Shown: piece after piece, positions 1 to 10,450 of the stretch
Numbering within the stretch: position 1 is the first letter of the stretch
How the letters are laid out: each line of letters starts with the position of its first letter
Assembly (NCBI GenBank): GCA_963665115.1
Contig: OY762007.1
Coordinates: 2,784,001 to 2,848,000, forward strand
Direction: 5' to 3'
DNA from: an uncultured Rivularia sp.
GTDB lineage: Bacteria; Cyanobacteriota; Cyanobacteriia; Cyanobacteriales; Nostocaceae
Length of the DNA: 64,000 nucleotides
The notes under the pieces: model-generated
Seen by the model: only the letters and a program-made list of their open reading frames with translations
Database searches by the model: none
Told to the model about the DNA's origin: nothing
Program-made: the position numbers and the translations under genes

Positions 1-153
1 GGATTTAGGGGGCTAGTAAATATAATAAAAATAAATTCATATTTCAATTAAGCAACGCCAAAAAATTGATTACCAGAATCATCTCAAGTAATGCATTACA
101 AATTTTATTATTCAAGAGCCGCTCCTATCTAAAGGTAATGCAGTACCATATTA

Positions 154-168
154 CGAGAATGATTTTCA
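154..168 (+). promoter_or_regulatory. Putative Zur box upstream of COG0523 gene
   Basis: CGAGAATGATTTTCA, a 7-1-7 match to the cyanobacterial Zur consensus TGATAATnATTATCA, 18 bp before the ATG at 187. Confidence 0.7.
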
Positions 169-186
169 TTGTCTCGGAGAATAAAG

Positions 187-1155
187 ATGACTTCTCAAAC
201 ACTAGATACAGTCCCCGTAACCGTTCTCACTGGTTATTTAGGAGCGGGAAAAACAACTTTACTTAACCGGATTCTCACCCACGAGCATGGTAAGAAAGTC
301 GCGGTGATAGTCAATGAGTTTGGAGAAGTCGGGATTGATAATCAATTGGTTATCGATGCTGATGAAGAAATCTTTGAAATGAATAATGGCTGCATTTGCT
401 GTACGGTACGCGGTGATTTAATTCGCATCATTGCTAATTTAATGAAGCGACGCGATAAATTTGACCATTTAGTAATTGAAACTACTGGACTCGCAGACCC
501 AGCACCTGTAATTCAGACTTTCTTTGTAGATGAAGATATGCAGGAAAAATTGAATTTAGATGCTGTAGTTACAGTAGTTGATGCCAAGCATATTTGGCAA
601 CATTGGGATGCGGATGAAGCTCAAGAACAAATTGCTTTTGCTGATGTAATTTTACTTAATAAAACTGATTTAGTAACCCCAGAACAACTTGAAGAATTAG
701 AACAGAGAATACGGGGAATGAATGCAATGGCAAAAGTCTACCGTACTCGCAATTCTGAGTTAGAAATGGATGCGCTTTTAGGGGTGAAAGCTTTTGATTT
801 AGATAGAGCTTTGGAAGTTGACCCAGATTTTTTAGGCGAAGATGCTCACGAACATGATGAAAGTGTTTATTCTATAGCTTTGGTGGAAAAAGGTGAATTA
901 GATGGGGATAAATTAAATCAATGGTTGAGTAATTTATTACAAACTAAAGGACCCGATATTTTCCGCATGAAAGGTATTTTAAATATTGCTGGAGAAGATG
1001 AAAGGTTTGTATTCCAAGGAGTACATATGTTATTAGATGGAAAACCAGACCGTTTGTGGAAAGAAGGCGAACAACGTAAAAATGAACTGGTTTTTATTGG
1101 TCGCAATTTAGATGAAACTCAGTTGAAAAAAGATTTTCTCGCTTGTATGGCTTAA
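187..1155 (+). CDS. COG0523/CobW-family G3E GTPase (Zn metallochaperone)
   Basis: GYLGAGKTT Walker A, NEFGE, GCICCT metal motif, ETTGLADP, NKTD, CobW_C tail. ATG at 187 preferred over TTG at 169. Confidence 0.95.
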   Translation: MTSQTLDTVPVTVLTGYLGAGKTTLLNRILTHEHGKKVAVIVNEFGEVGIDNQLVIDADEEIFEMNNGCICCTVRGDLIRIIANLMKRRDKFDHLVIETTGLADPAPVIQTFFVDEDMQEKLNLDAVVTVVDAKHIWQHWDADEAQEQIAFADVILLNKTDLVTPEQLEELEQRIRGMNAMAKVYRTRNSELEMDALLGVKAFDLDRALEVDPDFLGEDAHEHDESVYSIALVEKGELDGDKLNQWLSNLLQTKGPDIFRMKGILNIAGEDERFVFQGVHMLLDGKPDRLWKEGEQRKNELVFIGRNLDETQLKKDFLACMA

Positions 1156-1364
1156 TTTTTATTAATAGTTATAGCTATTGATGTATACCTCAAAAACTCA
1201 CCTCTAACCCCTCTCCTTAATAAGGAGAGGGGATATAAAGCACAGCTTTATTGGGGTGAGGTGAAGCTGTACCTCGACTGCTTAATAAATGCTATATTAC
1301 GCCATTTTATTCCTTCTTACTTCTAAATTCTAAATTCTAAATTCTTCCTTCGTTTAAGGTACAA

Positions 1365-2438
1365 ATGAAAACTATTAAATCTACAGACTTTGATCTAAAT
1401 TGGAATCATATACTTTCTGATTATATAACCGCTATAAAATGGTCGCCTAATGGTAGTACTTTAGCGATGAGTTCTGCTGCTGGAGAAGTAAAAGTTGTTG
1501 TAGAAAACGAATTAATAACTTTGCAAGAAATCACTAATACTTCCATTGATGGATTAGCTTTTTCTACTGATGGAAAGTTTTTAGCAGTTGGCGGACAAGA
1601 TGGTAAAGTAAAAATTTGGAGTACCTCTAATCATCAACTCATTGCTACTTTAGAAAATGCTCCAGCTTGGGTGGATAAATTAGCATGGAGTCCCCGCAAA
1701 AATTTACTCGCTTTTAGTTTGGGACGTTACGTACAGGTTTGGGATGCAGACATTCAAGAAATTGTTGTCACCTTAAACTTTGATAATTCTTCAGTACTGA
1801 GTATTGACTGGAGTCATGATGGTAAATTTCTGGCGATCGCTGGTTATCAAGGTGTAAAAATTTGGCGCTCTGATGAATGGGATGAAGACCCGTATTTCTT
1901 TAGCGTACCATCGGCTAGTGTTGCTGTGGCTTGGTCGTCTGATGGTAAATACATTGCTTCGGGTAACATGGATAAAACCATCTGTGTATTGCAAACAGAT
2001 TTTATTGCTAATGCAAAACAAGCCGAACCTTGGTTAATGCATGGTTTTCCAGGTAAAATTCGTAATTTAGCTTGGTCAAAAGTGACTACATCTAAAAAAG
2101 AACCATTACTCGGGTCTTCTAGCGCAGAAGGTATAGTTGTCTGGGAAAAGCAAGATGATGCATCTTCGGGTTGGGGTGCGACTGTATTAGAAAATCACAC
2201 AAATATTGTAGAAGCAATCGAATTTGCACCCGATAACTTAATGATTGCTTCTGCTGGTGCTGACGGTTGGCTTTGTTTGTGGAAAAAAGCAAAAAAAGTA
2301 GCGCAAGTTCTCCAAGGTGCTAAAAACGGGTTTTCTTGCATCGCATGGCATCCCCAAGGTAATAAAATTGCTGCTGGGGGTAAAAATGGTGAAGTGTTAA
2401 TTTGGTCTAAAGGTAATCGTGGGATTGGTTTTGGTTGA
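1365..2438 (+). CDS. WD40-repeat beta-propeller protein
   Basis: Repeated WS-P/S-DG...DG-x-V-x-IW units; follows a COG0523 gene as in other cyanobacterial Zur operons. Confidence 0.92.
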   Translation: MKTIKSTDFDLNWNHILSDYITAIKWSPNGSTLAMSSAAGEVKVVVENELITLQEITNTSIDGLAFSTDGKFLAVGGQDGKVKIWSTSNHQLIATLENAPAWVDKLAWSPRKNLLAFSLGRYVQVWDADIQEIVVTLNFDNSSVLSIDWSHDGKFLAIAGYQGVKIWRSDEWDEDPYFFSVPSASVAVAWSSDGKYIASGNMDKTICVLQTDFIANAKQAEPWLMHGFPGKIRNLAWSKVTTSKKEPLLGSSSAEGIVVWEKQDDASSGWGATVLENHTNIVEAIEFAPDNLMIASAGADGWLCLWKKAKKVAQVLQGAKNGFSCIAWHPQGNKIAAGGKNGEVLIWSKGNRGIGFG

Positions 2439-2505
2439 AGATTGATAATGACTTGATGATCTCAGATAAAATCGGCAACAAAATCATTACTATAGGTATG
2501 AAAAA

Positions 2506-3207
2506 ATGACGAATCAAGAACCTGCTATTGTTTTCGAGAAAGAACGTGCTTCGTCTTATGATGAAACATTTGCGCGTTTGGCTCCAATCCGCGATGCACT
2601 TCATCTGTTAATCCGTCAAATATTTTCAGAGCTTCCTGCCAATGCAAACATTCTTTGTGTTGGAGCAGGAACAGGAGCAGAAATGATTTATCTTGCACAG
2701 AATTTTCCACAATGGCGATTTACTGCGGTAGAGCCAGCCTCAGCAATGCTCGATATTTGTCGCCAGAAAGCCGAAGAATGCGGTATTTCGTCTCGTTGCA
2801 CTTTTCACCAAGGTTATCTCGATTCGCTTCCTACTTCAAATTCTTTTGATGCGGCAACGTGTCTTCTGGTTTCTCATTTCATTATGCAACAAGATGAGCG
2901 AAGCAATTTTTTCAAGCAAATCGCTGCACGGCTTCATCCGAATGCATATTTGGTGAGTTCTGATTTGACTTGCGATATGGATACTTTAGAGTATCAAAGC
3001 CTGCTGGAAGTTTGGCTGCGAATGCTTAAATTTTCTCAAGTACCTGCTGCCGAAGTTGAAAATATCCGCTCCTCCTATGGACAAAATGTCGCTTTGTTGT
3101 CACCGCAAAAAGTTGAATCGATTATCATCAAAGGCGGCTTTGACTCACCTACATTATTTTATCAAACCCTTCTTATTCGTGCTTGGTATTCTAAACGAAC
3201 TGCTTAA
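2506..3207 (+). CDS. Class I SAM-dependent methyltransferase (CmoA-like)
   Basis: ILCVGAGTGAE motif I, AVEPA, FDAATC. Confidence 0.88.
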   Translation: MTNQEPAIVFEKERASSYDETFARLAPIRDALHLLIRQIFSELPANANILCVGAGTGAEMIYLAQNFPQWRFTAVEPASAMLDICRQKAEECGISSRCTFHQGYLDSLPTSNSFDAATCLLVSHFIMQQDERSNFFKQIAARLHPNAYLVSSDLTCDMDTLEYQSLLEVWLRMLKFSQVPAAEVENIRSSYGQNVALLSPQKVESIIIKGGFDSPTLFYQTLLIRAWYSKRTA

Positions 3208-3354
3208 ATTAGGATTTGCCGAAAGTAACAAGCTCGCGATACACCTCCGGTGTCTAGCGGAGCTAATCGCAATTTTTAAGTTACTTGATTGCGATTCGAG
3301 TATTTCATTTCTTTCACCTTGTTGATGGATTCATATTCTTATTGGTTATAAAGA

Positions 3355-3362
3355 GCGATCGC
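3355..3362. repeat. HIP1 octamer GCGATCGC (example; many copies across the window)
   Basis: Also at 4789, 6793 and many later positions; typical of cyanobacteria. Confidence 0.9.
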
Positions 3363-3656
3363 ACCTTCAATCTCTCCCTGTTCGCTTTTAAACCTGCCAT
3401 ATTGTGGAGTCCTTTCTTCCCATCCAACTACTGATACAACTTCCGTCCAATCTTCTATCTTAGTAATTTTTCAGACAAGATGAATGGAGTTACTTGCAAA
3501 TCACCAGCATCGGAGAGTATTTTGGTTTTTCTGGTACCGTAGGAATTTACTGAGGTTTTTACACAGTATTTATGCCATAAAAAACACAAGTAATTTAAGG
3601 TGGCTTAATCTTATTGGCTACATTTACAGTATCCTACCTATCTCTTTTAAAATCCT

Positions 3657-5333
3657 GTGTTTAAAGCTTTGCTAAGTTCTATACTTCAGTTGATTCGTAT
3701 TTTTAAAAACTTCTATTGGGAATTTAAAGGGTGTAATTTTTTAGTGCTTGGACGGGAGAAATATGATTCGAGAAAATATCAATCCGCAGTAGAAGCTTGG
3801 AATCAAAGCTTAACTTCTTATCAAAAAGCTGATTCCCAGGAAAATATCGGTGTAGTATATTCTTATTTAGGCATGGCATACAGGGAGCTATCGGAGTATG
3901 TAACAGCCTTAGAGTATTCCCATCGCGCTCTTATAATTCATCAAAAAGTTAAAAAGGGTGATTGGGAGAGAAGAACACTCTGTCATTTGGGACTAGGATA
4001 TCACTACCTGGGAGAATATACAAAGGCTTTGGATTATTTTCAGCGTAGTTTGGTTTATTGTCGGGAATTTGGCGACCGCAATTTGGAATGTCAAATATTG
4101 GGAAATATTGCGTTAATACACAGCAATTTTGGTGAAAATAGAAAAGCTCTTGAATTTAACGAGCAAGCTTTGAAAATTGCCGAAGAGATTTGTAACTCAG
4201 ATATTCGAGCAAGTATTCTGAGTCGTATTGGGCTAATTTATTCAGAATGGGCAGAACATGAAAAATCTTTGGAATACTATGAATTATCTTTAAGGTTGTC
4301 CACAAACATTAATAATCCTAGTGGTGCTTCAACTTTAACTAATATCGGTGCAATTTATCGGGATACTGGAGAATACGACAAAGCGGAATCTTATTACCAA
4401 CAAGCGTTAGACATTTTGCAAAAAACGGGTAATCTTAACCTTGAAGGAACAATTTTAGCTAACTTAGGTGATTTGTGCTGTGTAAGAGGTCAATATACCC
4501 AAGCGCTCGAATTTCATCAGAAATCGCTCAAAATTAGACAACAAATTGGCGATAGAGATGGAGAAAGTATTGTTTTATCTAATATTGGGGCAGTGTACGC
4601 TTACCAAAATAACTTATCTGCGGCATTACCATACTACCGACAGTCTTTAGAAATTTGCGAAGAAATAGGCAATATAAGCTCCAAAAGTAGTAAATTAAAT
4701 AATCTGGCACATTGTTACACTGTATGTGGCTACTATGGCGAAGCAATGGAATGTTACGATGAAGCTTTGGTAATTGCCAGTAAGACAGGCGATCGCACTC
4801 AAGAATGTACTATTTTTAGCAATATTGGACTTTTGTACAATCAGCTTGGTGAATTTCTTAAAGCTTTAGAATACGCGCAATTAGCAAAAGGATTGGCAAG
4901 GGAAATTGGAGATAAGCAAACTCTTGGATGGGCTTTTAATTGTATGGGAAATTCCTATCGAGGATTGAAAGAGTGTTCAAAAGCTCTGTCAAATTACCAG
5001 CAAGCATTACAAATATATACTACTATTGGTAATAATTCCGGTCTAGCAGATACCCATACAGATATTGGTGAGACCTATATCGACTTAGAAAGACCGCAAC
5101 AAGCATTATCCCACTATCAGATAGCATTAAATATTTATCAAAAACTAGGAACGCTATCGTCCGAATATGGTCTTCTCGAACGTATTGCTACAGCGTATTC
5201 GCAGATTGGGAACAATGCAGAAGCATTGAATTATTATCAGCAAGCTCTCGCGATTGTCAAAGAATTAGGTCACGACAACAACGAAGCCAGGATTTTAAAT
5301 CGCATTGTAGAAATACAAAATGGAGAAACTTAG
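3657..5333 (+). CDS. Tetratricopeptide-repeat protein
   Basis: About 12 tandem ~40-aa units of type NIG-x-Y---GEY-KA--YYQQAL-I; no CHAT domain. Confidence 0.88.
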   Translation: MFKALLSSILQLIRIFKNFYWEFKGCNFLVLGREKYDSRKYQSAVEAWNQSLTSYQKADSQENIGVVYSYLGMAYRELSEYVTALEYSHRALIIHQKVKKGDWERRTLCHLGLGYHYLGEYTKALDYFQRSLVYCREFGDRNLECQILGNIALIHSNFGENRKALEFNEQALKIAEEICNSDIRASILSRIGLIYSEWAEHEKSLEYYELSLRLSTNINNPSGASTLTNIGAIYRDTGEYDKAESYYQQALDILQKTGNLNLEGTILANLGDLCCVRGQYTQALEFHQKSLKIRQQIGDRDGESIVLSNIGAVYAYQNNLSAALPYYRQSLEICEEIGNISSKSSKLNNLAHCYTVCGYYGEAMECYDEALVIASKTGDRTQECTIFSNIGLLYNQLGEFLKALEYAQLAKGLAREIGDKQTLGWAFNCMGNSYRGLKECSKALSNYQQALQIYTTIGNNSGLADTHTDIGETYIDLERPQQALSHYQIALNIYQKLGTLSSEYGLLERIATAYSQIGNNAEALNYYQQALAIVKELGHDNNEARILNRIVEIQNGET

Positions 5334-5443
5334 CGTTCGGGTTGATACACAGGGCAAACGCACCTAAATTCTAGTAAATTTCCTCTTGTGTTCCACTTTA
5401 CAATTACATTTGTTGAAAAATATAACTTTAAATTTTACCATTA

Positions 5444-6256
5444 TCAAGATTCTCCCCCACTTTGCTTTTCAATAGCTTTTCTCACAACCTCAACTTCTAA
5501 ATCAAGTGCTTGAGCAATTTGCTCGACACTCAATCCCATATTTGACAAACGGGGGATTGCTTCAAGTTTTGTTGCTATTTTTGTTTTTTGTTCAACCTCT
5601 TGCTCTACTTCTTCTCGAACTTCCTGATAAAATCTAGTTTTTCGCCACTCGGTTAATCCAAACATCGCTGCTAACTCCTGTCTAGTTTGATTGGAGAATT
5701 TGTAAATCAACATCCTTTCTACTAATTCTAAAAGCTGCCGACGATTGTTTACATCTGCTTGTTGGACTTTTTGGATTAAATTTCTGGCAACTTCTACAGC
5801 TTCTTCTTCCGGAGCAACTACCAATCCAATAATCCCCAACCCAACTGAAGAAGAAGTATCACTCAATTCATCGAGATATATTACTTGTATTTGCCCATCA
5901 GATAGTGATGTCTGATACGCAATCGGAATACCTGGATCAAGGCTACGTTTAGCCCATAAAACTACTGCTTTCCAGTTTTTATCTGGTTTATACTGGTTGA
6001 GATAAACAAATGCTTCCGTAATTAATCGCCAGTATAAATCATCATCCGATTGATATTGTACCTCTACAAAGTAAATTGGGTCTTGAGGGTATTCGGGTTT
6101 GGGTAGAAATAAACCATCAATTCTTCGCGCAAGCTCTTTTATCTCTACAGAGGAAAATTCATAGTGTGAAGCTTGAGTGGGAGACTGTTGCAGTATTTCA
6201 AATAGTACGCTGGGAAGGTTTTGTAGCAGCGTGTAAAAGATTGTATCTGTTTTCAT
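5444..6256 (-). CDS. Rpn-family recombination-promoting nuclease / DUF2887 protein
   Basis: MKTDTIFY start, EIKELARRIDGLF, YFVEVQYQ, C-terminal GLSVEQIAQALDL. Confidence 0.88.
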   Translation of the reverse strand: MKTDTIFYTLLQNLPSVLFEILQQSPTQASHYEFSSVEIKELARRIDGLFLPKPEYPQDPIYFVEVQYQSDDDLYWRLITEAFVYLNQYKPDKNWKAVVLWAKRSLDPGIPIAYQTSLSDGQIQVIYLDELSDTSSSVGLGIIGLVVAPEEEAVEVARNLIQKVQQADVNNRRQLLELVERMLIYKFSNQTRQELAAMFGLTEWRKTRFYQEVREEVEQEVEQKTKIATKLEAIPRLSNMGLSVEQIAQALDLEVEVVRKAIEKQSGGES

Positions 6257-6464
6257 CCATTAAAACTTTAGAATCACTGGTAGAGCATATGTATTATACA
6301 GTAATGTTTATGCCAATTTTTATCACCAGCGACTGATATCAGGTTCGCTTAATTACTTATAAATAAAAATATGTTTGTAGTTGCGCTTTAGCGCTCCTCT
6401 CGTTGTGTTCAGCGAAGACGGCGCAACTACGAGCATTTTCATAAGTATTCATCAAAAACAGCAT

Positions 6465-7076
6465 CTAAACCAAAGCTCTCCAAGACTGTGAAAGTACTGT
6501 CCCTGCCGACTTTGCAAACACAAACGTTAATAACAAGCCTACTGCTAAATCAGGTAATATCGAACCCGTCAGAAAAACTAATCCTGCTGCTATAAGAACA
6601 GAGATATTGGCGATGATGTCATTTCTCGAACATAACCACACAGAAGACATATTCAGATTATCCCTTCTATGTCTAGCTAATAAAAACAAACAGACTAGAT
6701 TGGCAAGTAACGCTATAACTCCAATCGCACTCATAACTGTTACTTCTGGAGATACACCCGAAGAGAATTGATAGACAGCTCTAGCAAAAACTGCGATCGC
6801 AAACACAAACATGATAATTCCCTTCAAAAATGCCGATCCAGCCTGAGCTTTACTACCTTTATTAATGACATACAAACTGGTTGCGTAAACCAAGGTATCA
6901 CCTAGCATATCGAGGGAGTCTCCAGTCAAGGATATCGAATCCGCGCGAATACCTGCTCCAAACTCAACAAAGAACATTACTAGGTTGATAAACAAAACTA
7001 CCCAAAGAACATTAGCTTGCTGTTTTTTCAGCTGCGTTAGCTCAGAACCTTTGTTTTGACAACAGTTGTCACTCAT
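6465..7076 (-). CDS. Cation diffusion facilitator (CDF) metal-efflux membrane protein, TM domain only
   Basis: Several TM helices, DSLDMLGD and WLCSRND motifs, N-terminal CC. Confidence 0.85.
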   Translation of the reverse strand: MSDNCCQNKGSELTQLKKQQANVLWVVLFINLVMFFVEFGAGIRADSISLTGDSLDMLGDTLVYATSLYVINKGSKAQAGSAFLKGIIMFVFAIAVFARAVYQFSSGVSPEVTVMSAIGVIALLANLVCLFLLARHRRDNLNMSSVWLCSRNDIIANISVLIAAGLVFLTGSILPDLAVGLLLTFVFAKSAGTVLSQSWRALV

Positions 7077-7096
7077 AATTTTCCTCTTATTCTAAT

Positions 7097-7157
7097 ATTC
7101 AAACGACCATTAGAATGATATCACAAAAAAAGTTCATTCAAACGTTGCTTAGAATGA
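7097..7157. promoter_or_regulatory. Two ArsR/CadC-type operator repeats upstream of the CDF gene
   Basis: ATTCAAACGACCATTAGAATGA (7097-7118) and ATTCAAACGTTGCTTAGAATGA (7136-7157), each an imperfect palindrome. Confidence 0.7.
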
Positions 7158-7158
7158 C

Positions 7159-7524
7159 TTACTCAGCAAGTTGCTTTAAGGTGTAGCAAAGAACTTCGGC
7201 TATACGTTGGTCTTTAAGAGAATAGTAAGCTAGCTTGCCATCGTTTCTATACTTTAAAATTTTGAGGTCGCGCAGTTTCCGCAGGTGATGAGAAGCAGAC
7301 GCAATCTTGACATCAAGCAAAGAAGCCACATCACACACGCAAAGCTCTTGACCATTACTCAGAGCGTGAAGAATCTTTAAGCGCGATTTATCAGCTAAAG
7401 CACCAAAAAGAATTTGAGCATTTTCGATAATATCATCTCCCGGCAGTGCTTCACCAACCTCTTGCACTAACTCCGAGTTAAAGCACTGGGTTTGGCAAAC
7501 GTCACTTTCCTTGGCTTTAGTCAC
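7159..7524 (-). CDS. ArsR/SmtB-family metal-sensing repressor (CadC/AztR-like)
   Basis: N-terminal CQTQC, ALADKSRLKIL, ELCVCDVA, SHHLRKL, GKLAYYSL. Confidence 0.92.
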   Translation of the reverse strand: MTKAKESDVCQTQCFNSELVQEVGEALPGDDIIENAQILFGALADKSRLKILHALSNGQELCVCDVASLLDVKIASASHHLRKLRDLKILKYRNDGKLAYYSLKDQRIAEVLCYTLKQLAE

Positions 7525-7639
7525 AAATCTTGACGTACACGAGGTTTTACAACTTAATTATAGCTGAGGCGTGATCATCGGTTTATTTTTGTGACTACTC
7601 AAAAAAGCCTTCACATCAAACCAACTTTTTAAGCTATCA

Positions 7640-7654
7640 TGATAACGATTCTCA
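7640..7654 (+). promoter_or_regulatory. Zur box upstream of thrS2
   Basis: TGATAACGATTCTCA, near-consensus 7-1-7 palindrome 12 bp before the ATG. Confidence 0.85.
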
Positions 7655-7666
7655 TTCTAATTATGT

Positions 7667-9541
7667 ATGGTCAGTTCATTATCCCAATCTCAGGAAGGCT
7701 TGCAAGAAAAAGATGCCCAGCAACTTGAGCGGATTCGTCATACTTGCGCTCATGTCATGGCTATGGCTGTACAAAAGCTGTTTCCAGGGACAAAAGTTGC
7801 AATTGGACCAGTTACCGATACGGGTTTCTACTACGACTTTGATTGTCCGGTAAGTATTACGACCGATGATTTAGGTAAAATTGAAGCCCAAATGCGGCGA
7901 ATAATTAAAGCTAATTTACCTATAATTCGTGAGGAGGTGGAAAGGGAAGACATTCAAAAAGAAATTACAGCTTTGAATGAAACATATAAGTTAGAAATTT
8001 TAGAAAGAATTCCTGACCAAGAAATAATTACTCGTTATTTTATTGGTAGTCCCGATGCTGGTAATAGAGAATCATCATTGCTTACTGTAGATAATAAAAA
8101 TAATCCAATAAATAATACAAAACCTAATCAAGCTGATAGTTATTGGTGGGATTTATGTGCGGGACCTCACGTAAATTTTACTAGAGAAATTGATAAAAAA
8201 GCCTTTGCATTATTAAACGTTGCGGGTGCATATTGGCAAGGAGATGAAACCAAGCCGATGTTACAGCGTATTTACGGTACAGCTTGGGAAAATCCAGAAG
8301 AATTACAGGCTTTTTTGAAACAAAGAGAAGAAGCATTAAAACGCGACCATAGAAAATTAGGTCAACAATTAGATTTATTTAGCATTCAAGAAGATGCTGG
8401 TGGAGGGTTAGTATTTTGGCATCCAAAAGGTGCAACAATTCGCTACATAATTGAAGAATATTGGCGCAAATCTCACATAGAATCTGGCTATAAATTACTA
8501 TATACACCCCATATTGCTAATTTAGATTTATGGAAAACATCGGGTCATTTCGATTTTTATAATGAAAATATGTTTGATTCGATGGAAGTGGAAAAACAAG
8601 CTTATCAAATTAAGCCGATGAATTGTCCTTTCCACGTTCTAACTTATAAAAATAAGCTACATTCCTATCGAGAATTACCGCTAAGATGGGCGGAATTAGG
8701 AACAGTTTATCGTTACGAACGTTCTGGAGCGCTACATGGTTTGATGCGGGTGCGTGGGTTTACTCAAGATGATGCTCATATCTTTTGTTTACCCAATCAA
8801 ATTGCTGATGAAATTTTAGGAGTACTGAATCTTACCGAGCAGATTTTATCTGATTTTGGTTTTAATAATTACGAAATAAATCTTTCTACTCGTCCCAATA
8901 AATCAGTAGGGACAGATGAGGTATGGGAGTTAGCAACTGCGGCTTTAAAAGAAGCATTGGATAATAAAGGTTGGAATTATATTGTAGATGAAGGTGGTGG
9001 TGCTTTTTATGGGCCAAAAATAGATATAAAAATTCAAGATGCGATTGGTCGTTTGTGGCAATGTTCGACGATTCAGGTAGATTTTAATTTACCTGAAAGG
9101 TTTGATATGCAGTATGTTGCTGATGACGATACAAAAAAACGACCAATTATGATTCATCGGGCTATTTTTGGTTCGATAGAACGTTTTTTTGGAATTTTAA
9201 TTGAGAATTATGCTGGTGATTTTCCTTTATGGTTAGCGCCGATTCAATGTAGATTATTACCAGTCAGCGATGAAGTGCGAGAATATGCAGGATTCGTAGC
9301 GGGGGAATTACATAAAGAAGGATTAAGAGTAGAAGTTGATGGTAGTGGAGAAAGATTAGGTAAACAAATTCGTAATGCGGAATTAGAAAAAATTCCTGTA
9401 CTTGCTGTAGTTGGAAAACGAGAGATGGAAAACCAAAATTTAAGCGTGCGTACCCGGAAAGGTGGAGATTTAGGAGCGCTATCAATCAATGAAACAGTTA
9501 CTCATTTGCAATCGATTATTGCTTTGAATACAACGATTTAA
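7667..9541 (+). CDS. thrS: Threonyl-tRNA synthetase, probably the Zn-starvation paralogue T2
   Basis: RHTCAH, DLCAGPH, RDHRKLG, KPMNCP, RVRGFTQDDAH, IHRA; upstream Zur box. Confidence 0.97.
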   Translation: MVSSLSQSQEGLQEKDAQQLERIRHTCAHVMAMAVQKLFPGTKVAIGPVTDTGFYYDFDCPVSITTDDLGKIEAQMRRIIKANLPIIREEVEREDIQKEITALNETYKLEILERIPDQEIITRYFIGSPDAGNRESSLLTVDNKNNPINNTKPNQADSYWWDLCAGPHVNFTREIDKKAFALLNVAGAYWQGDETKPMLQRIYGTAWENPEELQAFLKQREEALKRDHRKLGQQLDLFSIQEDAGGGLVFWHPKGATIRYIIEEYWRKSHIESGYKLLYTPHIANLDLWKTSGHFDFYNENMFDSMEVEKQAYQIKPMNCPFHVLTYKNKLHSYRELPLRWAELGTVYRYERSGALHGLMRVRGFTQDDAHIFCLPNQIADEILGVLNLTEQILSDFGFNNYEINLSTRPNKSVGTDEVWELATAALKEALDNKGWNYIVDEGGGAFYGPKIDIKIQDAIGRLWQCSTIQVDFNLPERFDMQYVADDDTKKRPIMIHRAIFGSIERFFGILIENYAGDFPLWLAPIQCRLLPVSDEVREYAGFVAGELHKEGLRVEVDGSGERLGKQIRNAELEKIPVLAVVGKREMENQNLSVRTRKGGDLGALSINETVTHLQSIIALNTTI

Positions 9542-9562
9542 AGTTAATTTAGGCTATTAATA

Positions 9563-9838
9563 ATGGTCATTAAATATATGAGTTTTTCTTTGGGTAAACA
9601 ATTTCAGAAAGCCGGTTCTCAGAAAACTAAGCAAATTAAACAATGGATTTATCAAGCTTTGCAGATTGATGATGAAATTTCTATTTCTTTAAGTCAGTTA
9701 CAATGTACAGAACCTGGATGTCCACCAATTGAAACGGTAATTAATGTGATGACTAATCCCGTACAACAATACAAAATTCACAAATCTATTGCTGAGATAG
9801 AATATACAGATATCAGTTCGCTTAAGCAGGATAAATAA
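9563..9838 (+). CDS. Small conserved protein with CTEPGCPPIET putative metal-binding motif
   Basis: ORF with C-x-E-P-G-C-P-P-x-E-T motif in an operon-like position; start could be 9578. Confidence 0.75.
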   Translation: MVIKYMSFSLGKQFQKAGSQKTKQIKQWIYQALQIDDEISISLSQLQCTEPGCPPIETVINVMTNPVQQYKIHKSIAEIEYTDISSLKQDK

Positions 9839-9987
9839 TCTTTGTTATTATTTGTTGTTAATTTTTACCTAATATCGATTCCGGTTGCACCAGAATGATA
9901 AAAAACCGCAGAGGACGCAGAGGACACAGAGGAAAGGGAAAGAAGAGAAACTTTAAATAATTCCGATATAAACGGAAAAGAGATAAT

Positions 9988-10368
9988 ATGGCTTCTCACA
10001 CATTATTTGTTTGCAAATCCTGTTCTTTTTCAACTACACAACGCAATTATATGGGTCAAAGAGGTGGTAAATATTTATTAAGTAAGTTACTAGAATTGCA
10101 TCAGCAATGGTCGTTCAAGTCTGAATTTATGATTGCAGAAGTAGAATGTTTAAGTGCTTGTAAGAGACCTTGTGTTGTAGCGCTAACTGCTCCAAACAAA
10201 ACTAGTTTAATGTTTGGTGATTTACCACCATTAGAAAGTGCAGCAGATATATTAAAATTATGCGAAAAATATCGTGCTAGCAATAATGGTATAGTTCCAC
10301 GAAATGAGCGACCAGAAATTTTACAAAAAGGAATATTAGCACGAATTCCCGCACCGATAGACCAGTAG
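9988..10368 (+). CDS. DUF1636-family Cys-rich putative metal-binding protein
   Basis: LFVCKSC...VECLSACKRPCVVAL...FGDL...LARIP. Confidence 0.85.
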   Translation: MASHTLFVCKSCSFSTTQRNYMGQRGGKYLLSKLLELHQQWSFKSEFMIAEVECLSACKRPCVVALTAPNKTSLMFGDLPPLESAADILKLCEKYRASNNGIVPRNERPEILQKGILARIPAPIDQ

Positions 10369-10450
10369 CAATAAAATTAATTTTACGTTTAAATAATCTT
10401 ACACAAATCAAACCTTAGTCACAAACTAGTAATAAGTACAAGGAGAAATC

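Noticed and set aside
3300..3560. Minus-strand TPR-like relic (EQGEIEGAIALYNQ*) and ORFs 3056-3325 and 3484-3675
   Set aside because: Too short and interrupted to call; the listed ORFs have no recognisable features
9840..9987. Possible cobalamin riboswitch upstream of the DUF1636 gene
   Set aside because: No B12-box-like sequence seen; only short purine-rich repeats
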